Notes: generated by a model from the sequence alone, not told the origin. A stretch of 54,735 nucleotides of DNA from Reclinomonas americana ATCC 50394 (GCA_048213135.1 PS015068.1:15204-69938); one strand, 5' to 3'. Positions 14,301 through 27,329 are shown, numbered from the stretch's first letter. A program made the numbers and translations.

Positions 14301-15023
14301 GTGCCGCGAAAAGTACACGTCAAACGGCGGCCGCGTCTCTGCATTCTTAATGTACGGCAGCACTGTATGCAGCGAATCAGATCGTTGTGCTCCATGACGC
14401 TCGTGCATGACACTTGTGCTCACACGCACCAAACCACTCTGCCCAGTCCGCAGACTGGCGCAGCAATCCGTCCGAGTACAACCGGAAGAATTCCGCCACC
14501 GAGTCCATATGCCCGCTCTGAATGCAGTACACGAGGTAGTAGCGCATCAGCGACTTTTCCAGCTTCTCAATAATGGCGTCGAGATTGGCCTCGGCACGTG
14601 AGAAGAACCTGCTCGCTCCCAGTGTAAGCACACACACACACACAAGGTGGGAGAGGGGAAAGAAGGGTTACCGGGCGTCGAGGTAACGCCAGAACTCAAT
14701 GGCACCCTCAATGGAGAACGTGCTGACATGCGACAAGAGATGATCGACAATCTTCTTGACCTGCGCGCGCAACATGCATTGACACAACCTGCATCCTTCT
14801 CACATTACACACACACACAGAGGCGCGCGTACCTGGTAACTGTGAGTGCGGTCATTCTTCCGCTCATGCTGTGTGTGTGTGACGAGCATGCGAGCATGAG
14901 AGAGAGTCATAGAAGTTTGCAAGAGCGTGTGCGCGCAACCTCAAACGCTCTCACACACTGCGCAAAGCCGCGGAAGGAGAGGTACTCGAACACCAACTCA
15001 TCGGCATACGCCACGTTCTCCAT
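11376..15023 (-). CDS. WDR91: WD repeat-containing protein 91 homologue
   Basis: N-terminus MENVAYADELVFEYLSFRGF...VKKIVDHL...LEKSLMRYYLVYCIQ...WAEWFVLPYI...FDVYFSRHW...SLTNFLSTIF matches the WDR91 N-terminal domain. C-terminal WD40 repeats follow. Confidence 0.88.
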
Positions 15024-15297
15024 TGTGTGCGAGCGTGCGTGTGTGACTTCGTGCGAGCATTGTCTCTTCAATCCTCTCTCGTCTCACTTGTGTGCGTGCA
15101 TGCGTGGCAGCGGTGCTCACAACCAGTCACCAACACAGCACCAACAGCAGCAGCGCTCATTCAGTCGCCTCACATCGAGCACACTGCCTGCTGGTGCTGT
15201 CGAGGTCTGCCCTTCCTCACTCTCTCCTCACTCTCTCCACTCGCTCCACCACATGCTCACTCTCGTGCGTGTGTGTATGTGTGCGTCACACAAGCCG

Positions 15298-17271
15298 ATG
15301 GAAGTGATGAGCAACGACGATGGAGAGTTGCTGTTGGGCGGAGGCGATGATTACGGCGGGAAACACGCGACAAGTCGAGTGATTCCCGCCTCTGATGAGC
15401 TGCACGGAGGCGCGGTGGCGGGAGAGCGACGCGATAGTGGCTCGTCGGTGGTGATGGAACCGATGAAGCGCACAATGACCATGCTGGAGTTGGCCACATT
15501 CACGTACATTATCGCGTCGGGAGGTTTCCTGTTAGCACCACAACCACCAGTGTCGACTCTGTCTCTGAGTCGTGTGTGTGTGTGTACGTGCAGGGCCGTT
15601 TGGAATGGAGCCTGCAGTGCAGGCGGGCGGACCGCTGTTGACCATGATTTGCATCTTTGTGTCGCCGTGGGTGTGGTGCTTTCCGGTGGCACTCGTCACC
15701 GCCGAGCTGTCGACTGCGCTGCCGACGAATGGCGGCTACGTGATCTTTGCGCATCGGGCCATGGGTAGCTTTGCGGCGTTTCAGGTGTGTCTAACGGGTG
15801 TGTCTGTGTGTGAGCTTCCTGTTTGGTGGCTCACCTCCCACTGCTGCGCTCAGAATGGATGGTACGGCGTGGCCAGTAACGTGGTCAACTCGGCATCGCT
15901 GGTGGTCCTCTTCATCTCGTATCTCGATCAGCTGCTACCCGCGCCGCTGGCGCTGCCGGCACGCATGGGTGTCTGCATTGCTGTGCTGTCGTTGGCGTTT
16001 GTTCTCAATTTCTTCGGCATCGAGGTGTGGTCTCGCTTTTCGCCAGTGTCACCAGGCCATCCCCCGACACTCACCGCATGCACACAGGCGGTAGGCAAGG
16101 CCAATATCATTCTGTCGGCATTCATCCTGCTGCCCTTTGTGGTGCTGTTCTTTGCGTCGATGCCGAAGCTGCAACCCGATCACTGGGTGCACTTCCCGCC
16201 GGCGGGTCAACTGAAACCCGGTCTGCTGGTGACCACGATTCTGTGGAACATGATGGGCTTCACTGCTGCCGGTACGTGTGCGGGCGAGGTGCGCAATCCG
16301 CGCCGCTCGTACCCCGTCGGCATGCTGGTGGCCATTCTTGCCACACTGCTCACATATGAGGTTTGTGTTGTCGTCGTCGTCGTCGTCGTGCGATGCGACC
16401 CGCTGCTTATTGTCCTATTTCCACGGCGACCCAGCTGCCCGTGTTTGCGGTGACGGGCGCCGTGAGTAGCGACGACTGGTCGGTGTGGGTGTCGGGTTAC
16501 TTTGCCGCGGCCGCCGGTGATGTGGCTGGGCGGTGGCTGGACNNNNNNNNNNNNNNNNNNNNGCCTGGATTTCTGTGGCCGGGTGTTTTGCACAGGCAGC
16601 CATGGTCATTTCGAGTCAGGCCGCCACGTCGCGTGTGGCCTTTGGCATGGCCGAACTGCGTCTCCTACCACGAGTCCTGTCGCGACTACAACCGCGGTAC
16701 CAGTCGCCGTGGGTCTCTCTCGTTCTCATCTTTGGCCTCACCTCGGGAGTGGCCGTCGCCTTTTCGTATGGCAACTCGCAGTCGGCCGCCTTTAATAACC
16801 TGGTCGAATGCTCCACCATCATCACGGGCCTCGTCGTCTCTTTTCAGTCCGTCTCCTTTGTCGTGTTGCGGTACCGCGAGCCGAATTTGCCGCGACCATA
16901 CCAAGTGCCGTTCAAGAATGGTAGGGAGCGCTGCAAGCATCGCGATGATGATGACTGTGCTGTGTGCTGACTGAATCGGTTGGGGGTGTGCAGGAATCCT
17001 GGCCAGCGCCTTTGCGCTGCTGCCGTTCGCGCTGACAGTGTACATGTACACGGTGGTCTCATTACCGACACTGTTGATCGCGCTCGGCGTCGTCGGATCG
17101 GGCGTTCTGTTGTATCCCCTCTTCTGGTGGTGGTCCAAACGCATGCACGGTGTCGAGCCACCGCCAGTGGGCGCCTCGTATGCCATGCCCAAGTCCGTGG
17201 ATCATGGCCCACGCGAGACGACGCGATTGCTGCCGGATCGAGACGTCGCCAAATCGGTGCAAGCTTTGTAG
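15298..17271 (+). CDS. APC-superfamily polyamine/amino-acid permease (plant PUT/LAT-like, kinetoplastid POT-like)
   Basis: SGGPFGMEPAVQAGGPLL, ALVTAELSTALPTNGGY, LWNMMGFTAAGTCAGEVRNPRRSYP, SRVAFGMAELRLLP and LRYREPNLPRPY. About 12 hydrophobic segments and five GT-AG introns. Confidence 0.88.
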
Positions 17272-17449
17272 AAAAAGAAAGATAAAATAATAGTGTGATT
17301 GTATCGAGTCCAGCACGGGGGTTTCCCTTCGGTGGTGTGATGCTTTTTCTCCTTATCTTCTTGCAGTTGTGTACTGAATCAATAGTGCTATTGCATGGCT
17401 TGCAGCTCAACGCGTATGGCAAGCGGATTATGAAAGATGCGCAAGGGCG

Positions 17450-19708
17450 TCAGTGCCCACCTTGCAGCAGCTTGAGAATGGCGGGAGGCAGTGAGGCCTG
17501 TGCCGACTGTGAAGGTGCGCCCTGTGCCGATTGCGGTGGGCCGCCTGCCTGCGGCGGCGGACGAGATTGTGATTGGGGCGGTGGCGCCTGAGGTGCCGAG
17601 CCTTGCGGCTGTGGCTGGTACATGTACTGCTGCTGTTGTTGCTGCTGTGGTGGTGGCGGTTGTTGCTGCTGTGGCTGCTGTTGTTGTTGTTGTTGCTGCG
17701 GAGGTGGTGGCGGTGGGTGCTGGTGCTGGTGTTGGTGCTGGCGAGGATCCCGTGGAGGCATGGGCCCGCCGGCACCCGAGTTGGGTGGCGCTTGTGCAGG
17801 CGGAGCATCCGGATTTTGGATCAAACGGAGCAAATTTTGCAGCATATCGTGTTGACTTGCCGCAGCCTGTGCGGCTGGTGGTGGCGGTGGAGGGGGTGGT
17901 GGCGCCGCCGCTGGAGCAGCAGGAGCGTACGGGGATGGTGCACCGTAGGGTGCTTGTGCACTCGGCGCTTGCATGTACGCACCACCATAACCGTCCATCA
18001 CTGGCGGGGCTTGCATGTGCATTGGCATTGCCTGTGCGGAGATCAAGAATGAGATTGGAAAAGAGAAGAACAGCTGCTCTGATATTGTACCTGTGACATG
18101 GCCATGGGCGGGGGAGCCATGGCGGGTGGAGCGACTTGTGGCTGCTGTTGTTGTTGCTGCTGCTGCTGCAGCGTCTGCACCAATTGCTGCAGCAGTGCAA
18201 TGGTGTTGACATCGGCCGCACCACCGCCGGCAGCTGCGGCTGCGAGGGCAGCAGTGGTCGCGGCCAGTGCGGGTGGAGCACCGGCAGGTGCGCCATAATA
18301 TGGTGGCATGGCAGGAGCGGCCGCGGGTTGTGCGTACGGTGGCTGCGCGCCGACTGGCGGTGCAGGACGCATCGTGGGCGCCGGTGGCATTCCACCGGCT
18401 GCAGATCCCGGCGGCGGTTGCTGGTAGTATGCTGGCATTTGCGCGGGCGGTGCCACTGACTGCATGGGCATGGCTGCCTGTGGTGGTGGNNNNNNNNNNN
18501 NNNNNNNNNNNNNNNNNNNNNNNNNNNNNNNNNNNNNNNNNNNNNNNNNNNNNNNNNNNNNNNNNNNNNNNNNNNNNNNNNNNNNNNNNNNNNNNNNNNN
18601 NNNNNNNNNNNNNNNNNNNNNNNNNNNNNNNNNNNNNNNNNNNNNNNNNNNNNNNNNNNNNNNNNNNNNNNNNNNNNNNNNNNNNNNNNNNNNNNNNNNC
18701 CCGGGCAGTGGTCGCGGTTGAGGTGGTGGTGGTGGCGAGATGCGCTCCTCCTGGGATGACGACAGTGAGTGAGCACAAAGAGAAGACGAAGGGGGGAACC
18801 CCCAAGAAGAGGGGGCGCGCACTTGCAGCATGTAGTTGATGGCCTCCTGCAGCGGAATCTCCTCGACACGCTTGCCCACGGCGCGGAAGGAGACTAGTCG
18901 ATCACGCTCCAGCTCGCGCTTCACCACACACGTGTACTTGATGCCGGCTCGGGTGGCCTCATCCAGACGATCCATGAACTCGGAGCGCGGCACCAGCTGC
19001 ACATCGGTAGGAATGCCGACTTCGAGACATCGAGACGCCACAAACTCGGCATAGTCACTGCAATCATCGCCGCCATGAGAAAATCAGTTGCGATCTCCAC
19101 CGTGTCGGTGATCGTGCACACAAACCGCAGGTTTTCGTGCACAGGGAACACACGGCAGATGGAGTCGTGGCGACCGCGACGCGGGGGTGGGCGGTCGTAG
19201 CGTCCACCGGGGGGTGACCGTGAACGACGACGCGGGCCACGACGGTCGTCATACCTTTTTTCGAGAGAAAAGGTCACTCACTTTGACAACGCACCCAAGA
19301 CAATGCCACGCAGTGCAAAATACCTATCACTGGAGCGACTGTCGGGACCGCGAGATGGCGGTGGCCGGTCGCGACTCGATCCACTGCGTCCACGGTCGTC
19401 TCGACCGGGCGAACCGACACGAGGTCGCGAGCGTGCAAACGACACCTCTGTGACGCAGTGTGAAAAACTCCTGGCACCGACAAACACAACAGAAAAGACA
19501 CCAGCGCACCGATCCGCTTTCCATTCAGCGTGCGCCCACTCTCTTGCTCCACCGCCACCCTGGCCTCGTCCTCATTGGAAAACTCCACAAATCCGTACGA
19601 GCCCAACAACGACACTTCTACCACACGTCCATGTCGACTGAACAGATCCTTGATTTGTCGCTGCGAGGCCTCGCTGTCCAGGTTGGCAATGTGCACCCGA
19701 CTGCTCAT
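17450..19708 (-). CDS. RRM + Arg/Asp-rich + NCOA5-like domain protein with a Pro/Gln-rich C-terminus
   Basis: RRM (RVHIANL...GSYGFVEFSNEDEARVA), RD/RS-rich linker, then DYAEFVASRCLEVGIPTDVQLV...IPLQEAINYM, which resembles the NCOA5 anticodon-binding-like domain. Confidence 0.72.
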
Positions 19709-20293
19709 GACTTCTTCAAGACTTTCTTGTTTGCAAGTACAAGTGTGCGAAGGAGGAATGCAGGCTGTGTGCGTGTGCGCGAGCGGGAGGGGAGGCTTCG
19801 AGTGTCGGACTGTGGTCACGACTGACTGGCACGATGGCTGCGCAAACAAGAGATGCGAGTGTGAGCGAGGGCAACTGCAAAGTGGCCACTCCTTAAAATG
19901 ACGTATATCAGCGAAGGCAAGGGAATCACAATGCACACACAAGAGGATGGAATCGGCGTCCTCTGCCTCTCTGTGTCCCTCTCCCTCCCTGTGCGGTCTC
20001 TCCTCTCTTTGTCTCGCGGGTGGCGGTGGTGCGCAAGAGAGAGAGAAGGAGATGCACATGACCATGGCGGGTTACCCACACACACGCATATGGAAAAAAA
20101 GCATTGTCGCCAGTGCGAGGAGTGTGCCACACACAGGGCGCTCACGGAGATGGAGAAGAGAGAGCGCGCGAGGGAGAACAGAGAACGCGGTCTTCTCACG
20201 CAACGATTGGTGACGATCAAAGTGGCCCGTGGACAAATCAAACGTGATATTCTGCTCGCTCAATGCATTGTACAACATGACAAGGAAACGCAT

Positions 20294-22011
20294 TCACTTT
20301 CTGCCACCATGCCGCCGCCGCCTGTGCTTGCGATTGGTGTATGCTTTCGATACCACCGGAGCCTTTTTCCTCGTGTCCTCCACTTCCTCATCATCGTCGT
20401 CGTCATCGTCTTCATCGTCGTCGTCACCGTCTGCAGCCGCCGGTGCCTCGTCCTCCTCCATGTCAGCGCCCTCCTCGTCGGCATCATCGTCGTCATCGTC
20501 GTCGACATGCCCCGAGGCCTCGTATGCTGCAATGACGGCCGCCAGCGGATCCATGTAGTTGCCCTCGTCTTCGCCGGCCTCGTCGTCGTCGGCGTCCACG
20601 TCTTCACCGCGCGCACGCCGCTCCAAATTCTGCAGCGCCTGCTGCACGGCGGCCGGGCAGCGGTTCGCAATATCTTGCGCCAACTCCTCGTCGTCCTCCA
20701 CGCCGTGCACCAGCTCGTACGCATTGACAAAGTACTCGTACGATCGCTCGGCCGACTCGGGGTCCGGCAGCATCGACGCCACCAGACCGAGCAGGTACCA
20801 CGTCTCGCCAATCTGATCGTCCTCCGTGGCCATGTGCTCCAGCACGCCCATTGCCGTGCTCAGTTCGTTGATCTCGATGAGCAGCTTGGCCAGTGCAGTT
20901 CGCGTGGCCATTGACGGTACATCCTCCGGCCGCTCTGTTTTTCCCCCACCACGCAGTGTGAGGATAACATGAAGGGGTGGGGTAGCAGTGATGGGAAACA
21001 AAAAAGAGTACCGATTGCGGTAAAGATCTCGACAGCAGTGGCCAGGCACTGTCGCGCTTCGTCGTCGCGACCCTGACTTAGCCGCACGCTCGCCATTGTC
21101 TGGTGCACCTCCATGCACCGCGGATCGGCCTCCACAGCCTCTGCACATGGCGGCTCACTTTATAAACAAGAAAGTGCACGACACAGATTCCCTCCTTCTC
21201 TCCGTCTCCTCACCACTGAGCGAGCGCTCGCACACTTCCTCCGCATTCGGCTCAAAGCACAGATCGGTCAGATACACCTCGGCGATCGCCGCCAGCGCCT
21301 CCGCCAGACTCGCGCGCAGCTCGCCCATCTTCTTGTCCACATTCTACACGCACACACCGATCCATCAGCGACTGACAACTGGCCTCACGCCTGCACGAGA
21401 GTATAAACGCAACGCCTTGAAAGAGCGGGTTCTTGCGTGCCTCGTGCTGCTGCAGCTGCAAGCGGATCACCTGGCACGCACGCTCATACAGCTGCACCGA
21501 CTCCATGCCGCCGGTCAGCTGAGCCAGATTGAGGTACTTGACGAATGATCCGTCCGGGTCCACCTCGCAGCTCTGCTGGAACACGTACACTCACTTGTCA
21601 GCCCCGATGTGTTACCCATAGAGAGTGTGTGTGTGAGGGAGAGAGAGACATATCTTCACGGCATCGTCGATCTTGCCTTGCTCCAAAAGAATCTGTGCAA
21701 GGATTGGGGAAGGGGAAAGGTCAGCAGATGTGCATGTGCACATGGCCGCCGAAAGGAAGAACCTGCCCGAGCGAGTCCAGCGTGTCGGCATCGACGCGCA
21801 TGTCCAGTGCGCTGCGGAAGGCCGCCTCTGAGGTCTCATAGTCGCCCTGCGCAGCGGCACCAGTGGCCGAGCGAAGAAGGCGGTCGCGCTCATCCAGCGC
21901 CTGCTCGGCGGCTGCTGTCGCTGGTGCGGTCTCCTCGTCGTCGGACGACTCCGCAATGCCATCTTCCACGTCGCGTCGCAGCCGAATGCGGCGCTCACCG
22001 CTCTCGGTCAT
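20294..22011 (-). CDS. ACL4: TPR protein, assembly chaperone of Rpl4 homologue, with acidic C-terminus
   Basis: KYLNLAQLTGGMESVQLYERA, IAEVYLTDLCFEPNAEEVCE, QTMASVRLSQ and EDDQIGETWYLLG match the Acl4 family. Five introns, one of them AT-AC. Confidence 0.82.
21585..21653 (-). other. 69-nt AT-AC intron in ACL4
   Basis: AAG|atatgtctct...gctgacaagtgagtgtac|GTG. Removing it gives the contiguous TPR helix GKIDDAVKVFQQSCEVDPD. Confidence 0.7.
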
Positions 22012-22060
22012 CTCTGCCTGCCGCCGCGTCAATCAACGAGGAGAGGACGAGGGGACACTA

Positions 22061-23790
22061 TTAGCGACGTTCACTGTTTGCGCGGGCCTCGCGCAGTTTC
22101 CTCCGCTGCTTGGCGTGCATGATGCGCGGACCGTGCTCCTCGAATTCCATCTTGGAGATCCACTCGGACTGGAAGGCCGTGAGCGAGGCGAGAATGCCAC
22201 CGCCGACCCACACCGAGTACTTGCGCTCGGCCGGCGCCACCACCTTGACCAGGACCGGCGAGCCACCCAGGGAAGACGACGAGGACGACGATGAACCACT
22301 CTGCTGCTGCTGCTGCTCTTGCGGCACCAGGGCCGTCAGTTCGCGCTGCACGCGCTCGGGTAGACCGGGGAACATGGTGCTGCCGCCCGACAGCACCACA
22401 TTGCCAAAGAGATCCTTGCGCACGTCGAGGGCACACTTTTGGATGCAGTCGTAAATCATGCGTGGGATGCCGCCCTCTTCGGAGCCCACCAGCGACGGTC
22501 GGAAAAGTGCCTCGGCGCACTGGAAGCGCTCGGCGCCGAGTGTCACCACTTGTCCGTCGGGCAACTCGTACTCGCGCTGAATGTCACCGCTGCCTGCTGC
22601 CCGCCGCCTTTGATCCACCCACGCCGCCGTACTTGCCAAGTTCGGCTGCGTAGTCGTCGGCCACGTAGCACAGGCGCTCCTTCATGTCGCGAGCGATTTC
22701 TCGTTCGGCGGTGGTGGAGAAGCGGCGGCCGAGGCCGGCAAGGAGCTGCGGAGGGGGTGAGGACAGGGGGAGGGGAGGGGGAGGGGAGGGAGGGGGGAAG
22801 GGAGGGGAAGGGAGAGAGAAGAGAAGGGAGGAAAGGAAGAATGAGAAAGAGAGAGAGGAGGAACAGAGAGAACAAAGGCAAGTGAAGAGAAAGAGAAACA
22901 GAGAGAGAGAGAGAGAGAGAGCAACGAGAAGAAGGGAGAGAAAGCAAAGGATGGAGCTGCGGTGATTAAGGGAGAAGGTGAGAGAGACATCATGGGAGGA
23001 CAGCGAGTGCACGAGAGGAGAGGAGAACCGAAGCAAAGAAAGAAAACAAAGGAGCAACGAGAGCAAAGACTCGCGAGAAGAGACAAGAGAGAGAGAGAGA
23101 GAGAGCAAAGTGAGCGAAAGAGAAAGTGCGAGAGAAGACACACACCTCCATCATATAATCGGTGAGCGCACGCCCCGCCAACTGCGACTGATCAATGGCA
23201 TGCGGCAGCGCGTATCCCTCAAACACCGGCACACAGTGCGTCACTCCATCTCCCGAGTCCAACACAATGCCAGTGGTGCGCCCTGATGCATACAACGCCA
23301 GAACCGCCTGCACTTGCACATACAGCGACGGCACGTTGAACTTTTCAAACATGATCCGCGCCACTGCGACGACGACAAGTGAGACACACAGCGATCACAG
23401 TGGCGAAGATGACGAGCAAAAGCACGCAACTCTCCTCGCGCATGCTCGGCGGATGCAACGGCACCTCCGTCAACAACACTGGGTGCTTGGACGGATCCAC
23501 ACGCAGCTCCGTGGCAAACACGTGATGCCATATCCTCTCCATGTCGCCCCAGTCGGTGACTGCGCACACACACCCCTCACACTAAGCAACAAGATCAACA
23601 CATAGACAACTTCCCACTCTCTCACACACACACCAATCCCATGCTGCATCGGATACGAGAGCACCAGCGATCCGCGCTTCAACTGCGCTTCATCACCAAT
23701 CAGCAGCTCCACTGGTCGCGCGCCCAGTGTCGGCCCCGCATGTCGTGGACTGCATTGCTGTGTCAATCACAAGGCATTGCACACACACTT

Positions 23791-23837
<47 letters not shown>

Positions 23838-23864
23838 ACACACACGCTCTACTCTCTCTCTCTC

Positions 23865-23923
<59 letters not shown>

Positions 23924-24167
23924 GGCCAATCACACACGGAAACACAGCTTGTGGCGCATCCTGACCCGAGTAACCCGCCTTGCACACACCTACAGACGCA
24001 CATGAACACACACACAAGAGAGAGAGAGACAACGAATGCGCGGGAGATCGCACCTGACCCATTGTCAACTGCGCGCACAACACAAGCTCATCAGCAAAGC
24101 AAAGCACACTGTCTGACACAGCACGCACACACACGCAACTGACAATGGCCTGCTGCACGTCGCTCAT
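22061..24167 (-). CDS. Highly divergent actin-like protein, with an apparent frameshift or 43-nt intron near 22590-22632
   Basis: [68 protein letters not shown] and [16 protein letters not shown]. Has a Q/S-rich insertion and a basic C-terminal extension. Confidence 0.88.
22760..23140. repeat. GA-rich low-complexity intron sequence
   Basis: Purine-rich runs and (GA)n arrays inside an intron of the actin-like gene. Confidence 0.8.
23792..23920. repeat. Compound microsatellite (CA)n-(CT)n in an intron
   Basis: Directly visible dinucleotide arrays. Confidence 0.95.
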
Positions 24168-24363
24168 TGCACGGTGAGTGAGTGAGTGGACAGACTAACT
24201 CGAGCTCGCTGCAATCTGTCTCTCTCTCTCACACATGCGCGAACGCCGAGGCACCACTCCCGACGCGCCCACTGCCTCAACAGCAGCAGCTTCTCCTTCG
24301 CCTCCACCCAGTGTGCATGTGGTCGGCCTGCTGTCACCGCCCGAGTCGGCGGTGCACGTTCCG

Positions 24364-25601
24364 ATGGAGATGAGCGACGCCATGCGAGGAATGATGGACG
24401 AGCTGTTCTCCTCCTCCTCTGCCTCTGCCTCTGCTGCACCCTCTGCCGTGGCCTTTACAGTAGTGCGTGCCATGGATGACGCTGACGAGGACATGATGGC
24501 GACTGGTGAAGAAGAGGAAGAGGAGGAAGAGGAAGAGGCAAAGGATGAAGGTAACGATCTCGTTTGCTGCTTGCCTCTGGAGCACACTGACTGAGCGTGC
24601 GTGGCAGGTTCTCTGTCGGCGGCGAACCAGCAACGACAGCGGCGACAGCGTCAGCTGCAGCGGCAGAGGAAGCTGCGGGAGCGACGGGAGCAGGCCGAGT
24701 CCACATTGAGTGCGACTGTGTCTGCTGAGCAGCAGGAGCAGGAGGAGCTGTTGTATGATCCGCGAGAGGATGAGCGCACGGAGCAGTGGCTGCAGGCGCG
24801 GCGGCGCGTGCACCGTGCGTTGCCGGCGGTGAGACCGCCGCCGGGCGCGCCTCCGTCGGTGGTGGAGGCCGTGGCTGCGCATGCTGCTGCTGCTGCTGCT
24901 GCTGGGCCATCGACGGTGCCAGTGGAGGTGCCGGAGAGCACGGATGCGATCCTCAGCTGTCCGTGCTGCTTCACCACTGTGTGTGTCGATTGTCAGAGGT
25001 TCACGCCTGTCGTGCTTGTTCTCGCTCGCTGGCGATCTGCTCACGGTGCGGAGCGCCACAGACACGTGCGGTACACGACACAGTACAGGGCCATGTTTGT
25101 GCAGAACTGCCAGGTGCGTGTCAGCGAGACGTTGCATTCGTCGCTCCAGCCCAGTGGTCAGTCGGCCGCAGCGCGAGGTGAGGAGGACATTAGCTTATGA
25201 ACAGAGCCATAGCATGTCACTTATTGATTTTCATACGTGCAGCAGCACCACCGCAACGACGCTCCAAGGCACCCGCGCCCAGGCCGCAGCCGCAGCAATC
25301 GCGACGGCGAAAGGTCCGCTTCGGAGGCTCACTGCATTCGTCGGTCGGCGGGTCGTTCCGCATTGGTGGTGGCGATGCACCGATGATGGAGGTGGAAGAA
25401 GCGGAGATGGTGGCCGTGCAGGAGATGGCGCGCGATGGGGACGATGCCGATGAGGATGAGGAGGGATATGGGACCGGTGGTGTTGGTGCCGCGAGAGACG
25501 TGTTCCACCCGGTGGTGTGCATGTCGTGCGGTACCGAGTTGGGTGTGTACGATCAGGACGAGGTCTACCACTTCTTCAACGTGTTTCCGAGTCACGGATA
25601 G
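24364..25601 (+). CDS. EAPP: E2F-associated phosphoprotein homologue
   Basis: ELLYDPREDERTEQW, TDAILSCPCCFTTVCVDCQR|HVRYTTQYRAMFVQNC and FHPVVCMSCGTELGVYDQDEVYHFFNVFPS match the Eapp_C domain. Head-to-head with the actin-like gene, about 200 bp apart. Confidence 0.9.
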
Positions 25602-27329
25602 TTGGAGCGGAGGAGGCGAGGGGAGTGTACAGGAAAGCGAAAGGCAACGCGTTGGGAGGGAGGGAACACGATGCTGTTTGAGTTGCGGCAACTAGTGCGG
25701 AATCGTCATGGAGGGTTTTCGCGGTGAGCGGCTGCCGAATCCGTGTTGGAGATCTCGGGAGCAAAAAGAGTTGCGTGCGAGAAAGTTGGGGGGTTTCGTG
25801 CACGCTGACGCAACCAACAAAAGGCCCCGACACTTTTCTTCCTTTGCGGGTGATGTTACGCCGCTGTGATATTGATTTCGAACACGATGGGAATGTGCTC
25901 TTCGCGCTTGTCGCAGATGCTGTGCGTCACGCCGCACGTGCACTGCATATATCGGATTCAGTCCCCCCACCATCGGCGAGTCGCTAGAGTCGTCGGAGTC
26001 GAAGCGAGACAGCCAGAGCAGTTTTTTTTGTCATGGAGAACTTGTGTGTGCGCGTGCTCCTTGTCGTGGAGACGTGCCAAGAAAAACGCAGACGTGCTGC
26101 ACTCTGGCGCAACACTGTCCCTCCTTCTCACGTGTGAGTTCGTTGACACGCTCCGCAATTCGCGAGCGCAGCGGACGTCAAGTCGGAGAGATGGCAAGTG
26201 TCGGACAACGACGCGCACCTTTGTCTTGCAACACACCTCGCGACAGGTATTGTAGCGTGATTTTTTTGCGCTTGCAAGAGGGAACACAGTGCAGAGATGC
26301 GACTGTGTGTAGAGAGGGAAAGAAGGCGGCGAGAGCGACGAACGCCTCTGAGAATTGGATGCGATCGCAGAGGCGCGCGACTTGCTCGACAGACAAAGAT
26401 GCAGAGCATTTTTTTGCTTCACAGTTGGACAAGGCGCAGATCCGCCGACGCGCTGGCGGGCACAATGTGCGTGCTACCTTTGTCCTGACCGTGAAAGCCA
26501 GCGTCCGAGGCCGCCATCAACGCTGGCATTGCGGATATCCGAAAAGTCATCCTATCATATCGTTGATCCGCGCGTTCGATTTTTTGATTGATCATGACCT
26601 CTATCGCTCGCGAGAGCCCATACATATCTGTGTGCTCCGACTCCCTGCACACGTCGGGCGCCGCCGCAGCTGCACGAATGTACACCGACAGGGAGCCACC
26701 GTCCATCGTGGCCGCCGGCCATGCACGAAAAGCCATCATGACCGCCCGATTTGGTAATTCGTGGCATTAAGACGACGCTTCCTGCACGCACCAGCTGCAC
26801 ACTCTCACGCAGTGGTGACCTGGTCAGCGATCGGCCTATCTCATCCCACGCACACAGTGTACAGTATGTCAATAATTTCTCGGGATTGCCTTTCCAAACG
26901 GAGAGTTGCATCTGCTTGATTCCCATCAGCGGATTCACCATCGATCAGTTCATTTTTTCTCGTCCTTGCTTGAGCGGAGACCAACTCCCGACACGCACTC
27001 CACTGCTGCACTCAACAACACAGCACACAACATACACACAAGTCGGTGAGTCTCTCTCTCTCCCCTCCTCTCTCTCCCTTCTCTCTCTTCCATCTCTGTC
27101 TCTCTCCCCCACACTGTATGTCATGATTCACCGCGCGACGCCGGCTGCTCGTCCCCCCCTTTCTTCCTCATAATATCCTCTCCCACCACCTTCCACTCTC
27201 CCCTCTTTCTATTTGCCTGGCGAGTGGGCATTCACGTAGCATTTTTTGTGTCTGTTTTGCTGCTCGCTTCCTTTTTTCTTCATTATGACGTCGCCTCTTA
27301 CTTACCTTTTGTCTCCAGTTTTTAATCAA

